A stretch of DNA of 61,838 nt, the filler included, from Basidiobolus meristosporus CBS 931.73 (Eukaryota > Fungi > Basidiobolomycota), in NCBI GenBank assembly GCA_002104905.1. It is 3 parts of 3 records of this genome, joined end to end, with 100 filler letters (N's around TTAATTAATTAA, not from the genome) between each part and the next. Parts side by side here need not be neighbours in the genome. Positions count along the whole stretch, not along the records: positions 1 to 29,830 come from MCFE01000862.1; 2 more parts are not named here. One strand, given 5' to 3'. The notes under the pieces are model-generated. The model ran no database searches. It saw only the letters and a list, made by a program, of their open reading frames with translations, and had not been told where the DNA came from. Each line of letters begins with the position of its first letter. The stretch's first letter is position 1. Positions 1 to 12,400 of this stretch are shown in pieces. The translations under genes were made by a program, and so were the position numbers.

Positions 1-1100
1 CTCAAGATTAAAGATAATTAGTAGATGAGGCATTTATCTTGGTACTTTTGAGGGACCTAAGGGTAAATAGTAGGTGATGATAAAGTATAGAAAATTTTCA
101 CAAGCAGGGATGCCATGTGTGAGTATATTTCATGTCATAGTGTCACAGAAGTAAAAGATTACAACCAGTTGCTGAAATAACCATAAATGAAAAAGAAAGG
201 TATCAACTACAATTGGATGAAGGTGAAACATCCATTAGCTGCAGATAAGAATGCATCACCCAAATTGAGCTATCAGCCACAACAAGAAGTGCCCCTGCAA
301 TAGGGTAATAAGCACTCAATATTTAGCAGGAGGCAAATCATTCCTTAAGAACCCTGCTTCAGAATCTAGATCTGGCAATTAGTGGTCCAGATGCTTCTAT
401 TTGACAACAAATTATGCAGAAGGAGTACTAGTAATTGATGATGGCAGAAATGTGGGCACTGGTGGACTTACCAAGTTGGGGAAAGCTAATAAAATGTGAA
501 AGTGTTTAGGAAATCAGGATAACCTTCAATGGCTTAGTTGATGGTGATTAGACTTGATTGATGACTGAAAGTTTACTTCATAAACATGGACCAGACTGCA
601 AGGGGACATTTGCTTTAGTAGCTAGGTCTGAGTCAATCAGGAAAGTACTGGACTAAAACACTCTACATGCCATAAACACTCAACCAATGGTGCCAACTGC
701 CCCCCTCAGTGGGGATCCATGTCAAGCTATATCTATACAGCAGCCAGAAGGTTTTGCTTTTGCAAGTGGCTCCATCAGGGTGTGCATACTTAGGAACCTT
801 GTAAATTGGCTGAGGGAAGTGCCCAGAACAAGGAAAAAGAAGATCAAGACATATTGAGGGGAGACTAGACTTATTTGTTTTAATGTGCTTCCATTGCTGC
901 GGTCCATCAAATAGAAAGGGAGCAAGATGGCAGATTTGTAATGTTAACAACTTCATGATAGCCAATCAGGGACCAAGAGTGACTTAAACTGACAAGGTCC
1001 AGTTCTACTAGGAACTTATACATAAAAGACTGCAATAAATTGAGCAAGCTCCATCAATTCAATCAAAAAACTTACATTCCACTCAGATGCTTTGATGAGG
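1..1100 (+). mobile_element. Highly degenerate Ty1/copia integrase-tail and RT remnant
   Basis: Manual translation through stops gives GIYLGTFEGPKG..IFTSRDA (integrase tail), SGPDASI*QQIMQKEY..MWALVDLP, HGPDCKGTFALVARSESIRKVL, QQPEGF..VCILRNL and PVLLGTY. These are collinear with copia Pol motifs. Confidence 0.7.
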
Positions 1101-1800
1101 GCAGTACTTTGTAATATGCTCCTGCTGGTGGCAAATAAAGCAAAGTCCTTGCTTCTTACATTATTTAGATGTGGGATTCTTCTGCATATCATCTATATCC
1201 ATTTTCACTGCTTCTGGTGGTCTTCTTTCATAGTGATTATAGCATCTCTGATTATTCATTGTGGGCTTGCCAAATCCAGATATAGCTGAGTCATACTCAA
1301 TGGCACTCTTGATGTCTTCTTCAGTAGTCAGAGATTTTTGATAATTCACTTCCTTGCAAGTTCTTTCTTTCAGCCCATCAGCATAGTATTTAACTTGATT
1401 CCGGGGGTCCATTTTTTGAATTTGTCCATGTAGATATCCATGTTCTTAGATATACTCTTGAACCATTCCTTTCTGTCTGTGTGTCTTTAACCTTCTTCTT
1501 TGTAGTGTTTGCTTGTATGAAGGTTCAAATTCATCCTGAACTTCTGACACAAACTCATCCCTAGTTGAGATTGTAGAGCATCCCATCAAGGTGGCTGGCC
1601 TGATCATGTGGTGGTACTACTCTAAGGATGCATCTGCAAGATAAGAGAGTGCATACTGCAACTTGCTTTCTAGGTAATTCCATTAGCCTTAAAAGCTTCT
1701 ACAGTCTTGAAAGAGCCCAGTTGCCAGATCTTCATTGACTCTACCATGGTACCAGTTGATTATTACACAAGAGTTGCACCTGAAAGGGTTTTGCTGGCTC
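1100..1800 (-). mobile_element. Degenerate Ty3/gypsy gag remnant
   Basis: Translation YALSYLADASLE*Y..DEFVSEVQDEFEP..RQKGMVQEY..QVKYYADGLK..EEDIKSAIEYD..PEAVKMDID matches the retrotransposon-gag pattern and the C-terminal PMDID-type motif. Confidence 0.7.
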
Positions 1801-1881
1801 TGGGCCATGGTAGTCATTCAATGTTCCTGCAGGCTGAGGTCCTGAAGTAACTGTGGCTGTTAGGCCAGGATTTGCTGCATA

Positions 1882-2035
1882 GCATTCTTCCATTCTAGAT
1901 ACTCTGACATTTTGAGGGAGGCGCCTTCTTTCTTCAGGGGGAATATTTTTGCTGTAAGGCATTCTTCCATTCTTGATTTTCTGACATCTTGGGGGAGGCT
2001 TCTTCTTTTTTCAGCAGGGAGATTTCTGGTTATTG
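1882..2035. repeat. Two-copy tandem duplication, period 77 bp
   Basis: GCATTCTTCCATTCT starts at 1882 and 1959. The minus-strand peptides NLPAEKRRSLPQDVRKSRMEEC and NIPPEERRRLPQNVRVSRMEEC are homologous. Confidence 0.8.
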
Positions 2036-2379
2036 CTGCTATCAATGTTACAAGTCTTGATATAAGAGCTGTAGTGGAATAGGTAGTTACGCCAGTATTG
2101 TATTATTAAGACCTGGACTAGCTTTTATTAAGGTTCCAGCAGCTCCTCTTATTCATTTGGCCGGTCAAGTTGCTGACTAAACACTATCCCAATATAGGTT
2201 GCAGCTGAAGACTCATTTGATTGTATCACCATCACCCAATTAGATCCTACTTCAAATATCTATTTCTGTCCAACAAGGATCTGCTGATTCATCTGCTGAC
2301 TAGAAATACTGATTTGACAGATAACACTGATTTACTAATAGGCTAAATATCAATCATATTGATTTGACTAAAAACTAAT

Positions 2380-3000
2380 CCAACTTAAGCTTTCAAGGGA
2401 AAGATGATAGCACACTAGCTGATAGAAATACACGTTCAGCTTTTGTTATTTGTCATTCTTATCTGTAGCCTAATCTAAATGACTGTAGCCCTGTAATATC
2501 CATGTATTGGCTGCTCTAAGTAATATATAAATAGTGCCTTGTAGGGATTTGAGAATTTGCTTAACTGCTGCATTGTGCACAGTTCCATAACATTACATTA
2601 GCTGAATAACAATATTTACAGCTACTTCAATATCCAGAAATGAAGATTTAAACAGGTTCATCAGTATATCAACTATTGCTCATCAGAAAAAGATTGATCT
2701 AAATCTGAGCAACTTTTGGCCTAAGTTAAGTAGAATTTGCCCATTTTTAAGTTATGTTTGATAAGAGCTGCTGATGACTTATAATCTTAGATTGAAGTGT
2801 TCAAGAGTGGTCCTATGTCCTCATGCTGGTTGAGTGCACTTTTGTGTATATATGTCAAGTTTGACTCTAGATTTGTGAGAATAGTTCAAATTCTGAGCAC
2901 CATCATTGTCAATTAACTGAAGAGGTCTTCCCTTGCCTGCCTAAGGGCTCCCTAATCTCTTGATGGTATTATTGAGGCATTCATATATAGAAGCTGGAGC
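2380..3000 (-). mobile_element. Degenerate copia RT/RNase H remnant
   Basis: Minus-strand translation includes HNAAVKQILKSLQGT (compare HIAAVKRIFRYLKGT) and flanking decayed RT motifs; many stops. Confidence 0.55.
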
Positions 3001-3149
3001 ATCACTGCCTTTAAAAACTGGCCTGCATAAATAATATTGCCTGCAGCCCTAAAAATGAGCTCAATTGCCTCTGGGTATGTGCCAATCTTGCTATAAGATG
3101 CTTTAGCAACTGCTCAAGCCCTTTGGTATGTTCTAATCAGGTGATGACA

Positions 3150-3700
3150 ATGTAATTTAATGAGTCACCAACCACAACATATATGGTAAATACAGTTAGT
3201 CAGAACCTGATTTGGCAGAATGTATTCAAAGTATTGCTGGAACCTCAATAAAAATTTGCCCAGGTTTTAGCTAATACCATACAAGCAAACTACCCTATTC
3301 CTCTGCAATTGTCATATCAATACTTGTAACCTTATAAGCAGCAACAACCAGATTCCTCCCTCCTGAAGAAAGTGTTACAACCTGCCACTTGAATACTTGA
3401 GTTTGATCAGTTTTAGGCAAATCATGTAGCGCTGTTCTTAGCCCATCATTACATCAATGTTTCTATCAAACCAATAGTGTTAGTTAGTAGCCCCATAAGG
3501 CAACTGGATATACTGGCTGGTTAGATCCACTCAAATAGTTGTAGAGCACACTAAGACCACAACAATGCCATTTCATCCTTGGCAAAACACCATACAAAGA
3601 CTGTTGTATTTTATCAACTTTATTTGGCTGTAAAATTAGCTAAACACTGTTGTGGTCCTGTTGCAAGATTGGGTAGATGGTCATAGATTCCAGGCTTCTT
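3150..3700 (-). mobile_element. Possible degenerate Ty3/gypsy RT remnant
   Basis: Minus strand YIQLPYGATN*HYWFDRNIDV resembles the gypsy MPFGLxNAP..FQRxMD motif; heavily decayed. Confidence 0.35.
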
Positions 3701-3779
3701 CTATAATAGTGGTCTGCTGACAGAATCTTTACAGCTGATCTGGATTGGATCCACCTGCGGGACAAAGTTATTTTTCATA

Positions 3780-5110
3780 AGAGGAATTTTAGAACATTAA
3801 GAGGCACACCAAGAGGCTGTAGCACTTCTTCAGGAGCAGTGCTCAAGATGGGAACTTGAATATTGCAAGGATGTGTGGCAGAGACTGGTAGATGAGATGC
3901 TTGAGCTTGCAGTGCCAGCTGAAGACCTAGCCATGTGGGAACAAGTATATGAGCAGTGGCATAAAGCTATTGGGTTCCCCCAAAGTCATGGAAACAGAGC
4001 TTTACAGCAGGTATACTTGTTAAGTGGTGGATTGTTATGGTGTTATTTGTTGAGTCTGGGGTTGGGCTTGATGTTAGCGTAGGGCACAGGGACTTGTACA
4101 GGACCTGTATAGGCCAATACAATGGGCAATTGCGGCACAACTGAAGTTTCAACAGAAATAAATCAATTTGTGTGCATAAAAAGTAAGAGAAATGGTTGGG
4201 TCAGGAAGTAAAATATGTGAAAAAGAGGCAATAGCTAATCAGTATACACAAACATAGGAGGTAATTATATGTCTGGGATCAGAAAGTGAGAGTATTGGGA
4301 GAGAACTGATCAAATACCACTGATGTATTGTTGTGATGAGTAATTGTGACTATGTTTTTTTTGGGACCTGGGAGCATTTATTTTTATGACAGTCTTTGCA
4401 CAGCATCCTGACAGGATCAATACCTCTTAGTCACAGAAATTTAAGCTTGTGTCAGCCATGTGATGCGATCATTGCAATAATTTTTCAAAGGGTAAGCAGC
4501 TGGTACATTTGATTCAGAAATCATCTTGATACCAACATGTGCTAACAACAATACATATGAAAAGTTATTGTGATGATCCCTTCAAACAGCCGCCACAAAT
4601 TCTAATTCCTGTGACTAAGAGGTATAGATCCCACCAGTCCTGCATTTGTGTGCATTGATTTGCTATTGACTCTTTTTCACACTCCTTACCTCCCAACCCA
4701 AGCATTTCACTTATTTTCATGCATACATTTTGCTTTATTTCTGTTGAAACTTTAGTTGTACCTCAGTTGCCAATAGTATTGCCCTATGCAACTCCCTACA
4801 GCCTACACTAACATTAAGCCAAACTCCACACTCAACAAGTAACTCCATTAAAATCCACCACTCAAAAGTATTTCAGCTGTAATACTCTGTTTCCATGACT
4901 CCAGCAGGAACCATGCAGCTTTATTCCACTGCTCATTCACTGATTCCCATATATCCTGGTTTTCAGCTGCCACTGCAAGGTCTAGCTCCTCATCTGCCAG
5001 TCTTTGCAACAGGTCCTTAAGTATTCAAGTGTGCTTTCTTGAGTACTGCTCTTGAAGAAGTGTTGTAACCTCTTGGTGTGCCTGTTAAGGTTCCAAATTC
5101 CACTGAAGGC
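3780..5110. repeat. About 1.3-kb imperfect inverted repeat (fold-back) centred near 4516
   Basis: 3790-4260 aligns with the reverse complement of 5105-4640 (GGCACACCAAGAGG..CACTTCTTCA; AAGTTTCAACAGAAATAAA). 4414-4505 aligns with the reverse complement of 4631-4540. The left arm has an extra ~150 bp. Confidence 0.85.
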
Positions 5111-6650
5111 AGTGTGATAACCATCCAAGTTCTTGGTGTTGTTACTTTGTCTGTCAGTGGGATCTCTACTCTGTCAGCAATGGAGGATGTGGAGGCTGTG
5201 GAGGATTTGGTAGACAAGTTGCCTTTCTCTGCAAACTCATCTACCTTACTGGAGTGTATCTCATCTGGCTCTGCCTCTAACTCTTGTGAAAACTGCTGTT
5301 TTCTTGTTGGTAGTTCTTCTTAACTATGATGGGATTCAGTCTGTTCCTGGCTTTTGGAATTAATTGGTCAGAGCTGCAGCTTTTTTATTATGTTTCCCTG
5401 TCTCTGGCTTGGGTAAACTTTTTCTCCTTTACCTTTTCCTTTATCACTGACAGGTCTTTTACTACTATGTTGTCTGAGTGCTGCATGTATAGAAATATGT
5501 CTTCTCCTTGATAAATGCTGCTCTGATGCATCTGTTTTGGGCCACATGTCCCTTGCTGGTGCTCTTCTAACAGCTTGATGCTTCTTTACTGCTTGTTTTG
5601 AGCTTTTAGCTGTAGTTGTGACAGGCTCCTGAGAAGGCAGCTGGTTTTTATCACTGCCAGGTCCTTCACTGCTACTTAACTGAGTGCTTCTCAAGTGGTA
5701 CTACCCCTTTTCCTTGATAAATTTTGTGCTGGTGCAGCTGTGTCTGCCTGCTTGTCCCATATTGGCACTCTTTCAGCTACCTGACATCTCTTTCATGCCT
5801 GACTGGAGCTTTTAGCCCTGCTTGTATTGGGCTCTTGAGGAAGCCACTGGTTTTTAGCCATAGCACCCTTGATCTTCTGCCTTTGATAGTTTCTGCTATT
5901 CTTAAGATACTTTCTGAGCATACCAATAATGGCCTAATATTTGTTTGCCTGTTTGAATACAGGATAATGCTCATGAAACAAGTCAAGCATATTCTGCTTG
6001 GCCATGAGTTCCTGATGGTCCTGTGGTGTGCTGGCCCTAGGGTGATGGTGGCTAGACTTTGGACAGCCTCTTGAATATTAGCTCACTCTTCATCATTGCA
6101 CTGAACATCTTCATGGATCTTCAATGTCTATTGATTTTTAGGCTTTAGTATAAATATCACATTGTCTCCCTCCCATGCAGTGATAGGCTTTTCTATGGGC
6201 TTTATCTTTGGATACTGTTGTGGTGCTTCAAAGACTATATGGTGTTCCTCTGCTGTTACATTGGGAATTGGCTCAATTCTTGGCTGTGACATTGGGCTAC
6301 TTTAGTTCCTTTTTTGCAGCAAAGATACTGCTTTCTCTACCTGGGATATTGATTGCTCTACACATATTATCTGCTCATCCTGTTACTGGACTATTCCTCA
6401 TTTCTCAGGGCCATTGCATCTATCCTATCAGCCACTGCACCTAATTGCTTCATCAATGCTTTGGTATAAGCTGACAACATACTTGCTAATATGGGTGGTG
6501 GAGAGGGTATGAGGGCCACTTGCTGATCTTCAACTGAAAGTACTGCATTTACTACACTCTCATTTGCCTGAGCATAACAGTTGACTTGCAGCTCTGCAGA
6601 GGTTTTCAATTGCCTACTTTACCCAGAACCAAATGGGCACACTGTCAACA

Positions 6651-7000
6651 TGATTGTAAGAGTCTTGGAGATATTGCAACTGATTGTGATGACAAGAAGA
6701 TTATGTTGTTTTCACTAAATGATTTATTGAATATAAAGGTAGTATTTATACTTTTACCTGGTCTTGGCATTACAAACAGGTAGAATACACTAAGGAAGGT
6801 TCCAAGAACATGTGTGCAAAGTTTGGGGCTGCTTGGACAACTTTGAAAATTTTTGTATTCTGGGTACCTGGTATTTTGGTGAAAATATTCTAAGTGAATC
6901 CTAACAAGGAATTTGGTCAGTACTCTCTAGGATTTGAGGGTATTGATCTCAGTGACTAAGTTAGGTGAATATTCAGGTGGAACTACAAACTTTTACAACT
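6651..7000 (-). repeat. 3' LTR of element A (diverged)
   Basis: Homologous to the family LTR; followed on the plus strand by CTCCCACTCA, the reverse complement of the PPT. Confidence 0.85.
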
Positions 7001-7242
7001 CTCCCACTCAGCTAAATGCTTATACTGATTAGTCCTTATTTTGACCTAAGATATTCAAACTTGTCTCTAGCTAATGATGTTATAAATATGATTACAATCA
7101 TTTCATCTGAAGGACAGTAAACTAAACTAAGTTATTCTCTATAGCTTCACGTATGAAGTGATGTCAAATATCTATGTGCTTAGTTCTAGCAGGAAAAGTT
7201 GGATTTCTACCCAATTGTATACATCCTTGATTACCTTGAAAT

Positions 7243-7591
7243 TGTTGTACAAGTCTTGGAGATATTGGAAGTGATTTGGAGAACAAGTAGATTATGTGGT
7301 TTTCACTTAATGATTTATAGAATGTAAAAGTGGTATTTATACTTTTACCTGGTCTTGGCATTACAAACACGTAGAATAGGTTGAGGAAGGTCCCAAGAAC
7401 ATGTGTGCAAAGTTTGGGGCTGTTTGGACAACTTTGAGAATTTTCATGTTCTGGGTACCTGGTTTTTTGGTGGAAATATTCTAAGTAAATCCCAACAAGG
7501 AATTTGGTCAGTATTCTCTAGGATTTAAGGGTAATGATCTAAGTGACTAAGTTAGGTGAATATTTAGGTGGAATTACAAATTTTTACCACA
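7243..7591 (-). repeat. 3' LTR of element B
   Basis: 349 bp, TGTTG...ACCACA, adjacent to the PPT. Confidence 0.92.
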
Positions 7592-9061
7592 CTCCCACTC
7601 AGATAAATGTTCATACTGACTAGTCCTAATTTTGACCCAAGATATTCAAACTTGTCTCTAGCTAATGGTTTAGTAAATATGTCTGCAATCATTTCATCTG
7701 TAGGACAGTAAACTAGGCTAACTAAGTTATTCTCTATAGCTTCACGTATGAAATGATGTCTAATATCTATGTGCTTGGTTCTAGCATGAAAAGTTGGATT
7801 TCTACCTAATTGTATACATCCTTGATTATCTTGAAATAAAGTGATGGGTGTTTTTTGACATAGGCCTAAATCTGTAAAGAGCTTTCTTAACCACATTGCT
7901 TCTTTTGTAGCCTCACAGGCTGCCATATATTCTGCCTCTGTGGTGGAAAGTGCTACGGTTGGTTGCTTTCTTGAATTCCATGAAATTGTTCCTTTACAGT
8001 AAAGAAAGGTGTATCCTGCGGTGGATCTTCTGTCTTCTAAATTTTGTCCCCAATCAGCATCAGAGTATCCCACAAGATCCTGTTTTGAATCCTTATAAGT
8101 GTATCTTAAGCAGATATTGGCAGTTCCTTTTAGGTATCTAAAGATCCGCTTAACTGCTGCAATATGATCAGATCCATAGTTCTGATTATGTTGGCTGACA
8201 ACTCCCACTGAATATGAGATATCTGGACATGTTCCAAGCATGATACACATCATACTGCTGACCATAGACTGATAAGGAAAGTCAGGGCTTTCAGATGGCA
8301 CCAAGCTCTCTTGATTTGGTTGAGTTTTGGCCAAGTTAAGGTTTGTCTCCATTGGGGTAGCTGCCGGTTTACAGTCTTCCATTTTGTACTTCTTTAGTAT
8401 ATCTTGAATATACTTGGATTGACTTAGGGTGATAGTCTGGGTACTACTGTCTATGGAGAACTTAATCCCTAAGTAGTAACTAAGTTCTCCTAGATCAGAC
8501 ATCTTGAACTCCTTAGATAGGCTAGATTTAGTCTCTTCCAATGTTTCTAGGTTATTGGCGGCTATATTAAGATCATCCACATATACAGCTAATAGAACTG
8601 GATTTGCTCTATCTGGCTTATAGTATATACTATAGTCAGCATTACTTCTTTTGAAACTCAAAGATTCCAATTAAGAATCTATCTTGCAATTCCAGGCTCT
8701 TGGTGATTGTTTGAGACCATATAGTGACTTTTAAAGCTTGCAGACCAAATGGGGGTTATCTTGGTCAACCAACCCATCAGGCTGGTCCATATACACATCC
8801 TCATTAAGTTCTTCATTCAAAAATGCAGTTTTTACATCCATTTGATGAATAAAAAACTTATATTTGGCTGCAATAGCCAAAATTAATCTGATGGAATTAA
8901 ACTTGGCTACCAGTGCAAAGGTCTTAGTATAGTCAAGTCCTTTTGTTTGAGAATATCCTTTGGCTACAAGTCTTGCTTTGTATCTTTCAATTGTACCATC
9001 AGCCTTGTATTTTGTCTTGAAGACCCATCTGCATCCAATTGATTTTTGGTTGATTGGTAAA

Positions 9062-9410
9062 TGTTGTAAGAGTCTTGGAGATATTGGAAGTGATTTGGAG
9101 AACAAGTAGATTATGTGGTTTTCACTTAATGATTTATTGAATGTAAAAGTGGTATTTATACTTTTACCTGGTCTTGGCATTACAAACACGTAGAATAGGT
9201 TAAGGAAGGTCCCAAGAACATGTGTGCAAAGTTTGGGGCTGTTTGGACAACTTTGAGAATTTTCATGTTCTGGGTACCTGGCATTTTGGTGAAAATATTC
9301 TAAGTAAATCCCGACAAGGAATTTGGTCAGTATTCTCTAGGATTTGAGGGTAATGATCTAAGTGACTAAGTTAGGTGAATATTTAGGTGGAAATTACGAA
9401 TTTTACAACA
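9062..9410 (-). repeat. 3' LTR of element C
   Basis: TGTTG...CAACA, 349 bp. Confidence 0.97.
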
Positions 9411-9421
9411 CTCCCACTCAG

Positions 9422-12400
9422 CTAAATGTTCATACTGACTAGTCCTAATCTTGACCTAAGATATTCAATCTTGTCTCTAGCTAATGGTTTGGTAAATATG
9501 TCTGCAATCATTTCATCTGTAGGACAGTAAACTAAGCTAACTAAGTTATTCTCTATAGCTTCACGTATGAAATGATGTCTAATATCTATGTGCTTGGTTT
9601 TAGCATGAAAAGTTGGATTTCTACCTAATTGTATACATCCTTGATTATCTTGAAATAAAGTAATAGGCGTTTTTTGACATAGGCCTAAATCTGTAAAGAG
9701 CTTTCTTAACCACATTGCTTCTTTTGTAGCTTCACAGGCTGCCATATACTCTGCCTCTGTGGTAGAAAGTGCTACGGTTGGTTGCTTTCTTGAATTCCAT
9801 GAAATTGCTCCTTGACAGTAAAGAAAGGTGTATCCTGTGGTGGATCTTCTGTCTTCTAAATTTCGTCCCCAATCTGCATCAGAGTATCCCACAAGATCTT
9901 GTTCTGAGTCCTTATAAGTGTATCTTAAGCAGATATCAGCAGTTCCTTTTAGGTATCTAAAAATCCGCTTAACTGCTGCAATATGATCAGATCCATAATT
10001 CTGATTATGTTGGCTGACAACTCCCACTGGTTATGAGATATCTGGACGTGTTCCAAGCATGATATACATCAGACTGCCGACCATAGATTGATAAGGAAAG
10101 TCAGGGCTTTCAGATGGCACCAAGCTCTCTTGATTTGGTTGAGTTTTGACCAAGTTAAGGTTTGTCTCCATTGGGGTGGCTGCTGGTTTACAGTCTTCCA
10201 TTTTGTACTTCTTTAGTATATCTTGAATATACTTGGATTGGCTTAGGGTAATAGTCTGGGTACTTCTATCTATGGAGAACTTAATCCCTAAGTAGTAACT
10301 AAGTTCTCCTAGATCGGACATCTTGAACTCCTTAGATAGGCTGGATTTAGTCTCTTCCAATGTTTCTAGGTTATTGGCGGCTATAATAAGATCATCCACA
10401 TATAGAGCTAATAGAACTGGATTTGCTCTATCTGGCTTATAGTATATACTATAGTCAGCATTACTTCTTTTGAAACTCAAAGATTCCAAATAAGAATCTA
10501 TCTTGCAATTCCAGGCTCTTGGTGATTGTTTGAGACCATATAGTGACTTTTTAAGCTTGCAGACCAAATGGGGGTTATTTTGGTCAACAAACCCATCAGG
10601 CTGGTCCATATACACGTCCTCATCAAGTTCTCCATTCAAAAATGCAGTTTTTACATCCATTTGATGAATAAAAAACTTATATTTGGCTGCAATAGCCAAT
10701 ATTAATCTGATGGAATTAAACTTGGCTACCGGTGCAAAGGTCTCAGTATAGTCAAGTCCTTTTGTTTGAGAGTATCCTTTGGCTACAAGTCTTGCTTTGT
10801 ATCTTTCAATTGTACCATCGGCCTTGTATTTTGTCTTGAAGACCCATCTGCATCCAATTGATTTTCGGTTGGTTGGTAATTTGACTAAGTCCCAAGTTTG
10901 ATTTTCCATCAGTGCCTGATACTCCTCCGTCATTGCAGATCTCCAAAACTTTGTCTGAGGGCTATTTAGGGCCTCTTTTACAGTCTGGGGCTCATCAACA
11001 TGGACTGAATAGGCATAGGCTAAGTTTGTACCCTCATTGATATAGTGATTTGGGCTATTTCTTGTCCGATTGGATCTCCGGGCATTTGATACTGGAATGA
11101 TCACTTCTGGGATATTCCTGGGCACTGATTCTGGCTGAACCACGGTTGTAGAGTCCTCTGGAGTGAAAAAATTTTCATTGTTTTGCTCTGATTCAATCCT
11201 GACAATTGGTGGACTTGAGATCAAATTTTCGTCATCATCTGATGTCATTTTTTGTGAAAATTTTGAATTTTCATCAAACAACACATCCCTGGACTTGATC
11301 AGCTTCTTTGCTTCAGCATTGTAGAGTCTGTATGCCTTACTCTCATTGCAGTAGCCCAAAAATATGCATTTTACACTTTTTGGCTCAAATTTTGACTGAT
11401 TTCCGGCCAGTTTTTTGGCATATGCTGTACACCCAAATATTCTTAGATGTTCTGCACTTGGTCTGTATCCATACCATGCTTCAAATGGAGTAGAATCACG
11501 AAGTATTCTGTTATAACTCCTATTTTTAAGATATACAGCAGTGGCAACTGATTCCGCCCAAAAATCATAGGATAATTTTTGATCATGGATCATAGATCTT
11601 GCCATATCAATTATTGATCTGTTAGCTTGTTCTGCTACTCCATTTTGCTGTGGGGAGTATGGTACAGTAGTCTCTTGCTTTATCCCATGAATTTTGCAGA
11701 AGTGGATGAAGAGTTTTGAGGTATATTCTCCACCATTGTCAGAGCGTATTTTCTTGATTTTTTCACCAGTTTCTCTCTCTACCATGGCTTTAAACTCCCT
11801 GAACTTAGACAGAGCTTCTTCCTTTCTCTCCATGAAGTAGACCCATGTGTATCTTGTATAATCATCATTAAAAGTGATCAAATACTTCATCCTGCCTAAG
11901 GATAAATTTTGCATAGGTCCACACAGATCTGAGTGAATTAGATCTAGTTTTTTCTTAGTTTTGATTAACCCAGAGCTCTTGAACGGTTGTCTGGCTTGTT
12001 TCCCATATATGCAGGCTTCACAGTGCTCCAAATTAGCTGGGGGATCAATTTTCACTCCAGAAATTAGCTGATCTTTGATCGTTTTACGCAAATAATCAAA
12101 ATTGATGTGTCCAAATCTCCTGTGCCAATGCATTGGTGTTTCTTCATTTAAGTTACTTATATTGGCTTCCAGATATGATGGAATATAAGTCAACTTGTAT
12201 AGATTCTGATCTCTGATGCCCAAAGCAATATGAGCACCATTTTGATCAGTGATCCTGCATCCAGAATTGTCAAAACTGAAACTGAGTCCTTCTGCTGTGG
12301 CCTTGCTTACAAAGAGTAGGTTCTTGGCTATTTCTGGTACATAGAGTACTTCTTTAAAGGTCAGTGTATGGCTTCCTTTGCTGCTTCTAAGGTTTACTTG

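Noticed and set aside
6641-6655. TSD for element A
   Set aside because: The left flank does not match TATTA at 20171-20175, so A's termini are assigned by homology only.
7164-9189. LTR-Pol fusion ORFs starting MFVMPRPG (7164-7370, 8731-9189)
   Set aside because: The LTR frame is open, but its ATG lies upstream of the LTR TATA box. Only two of three visible junctions are in frame, which is compatible with chance.
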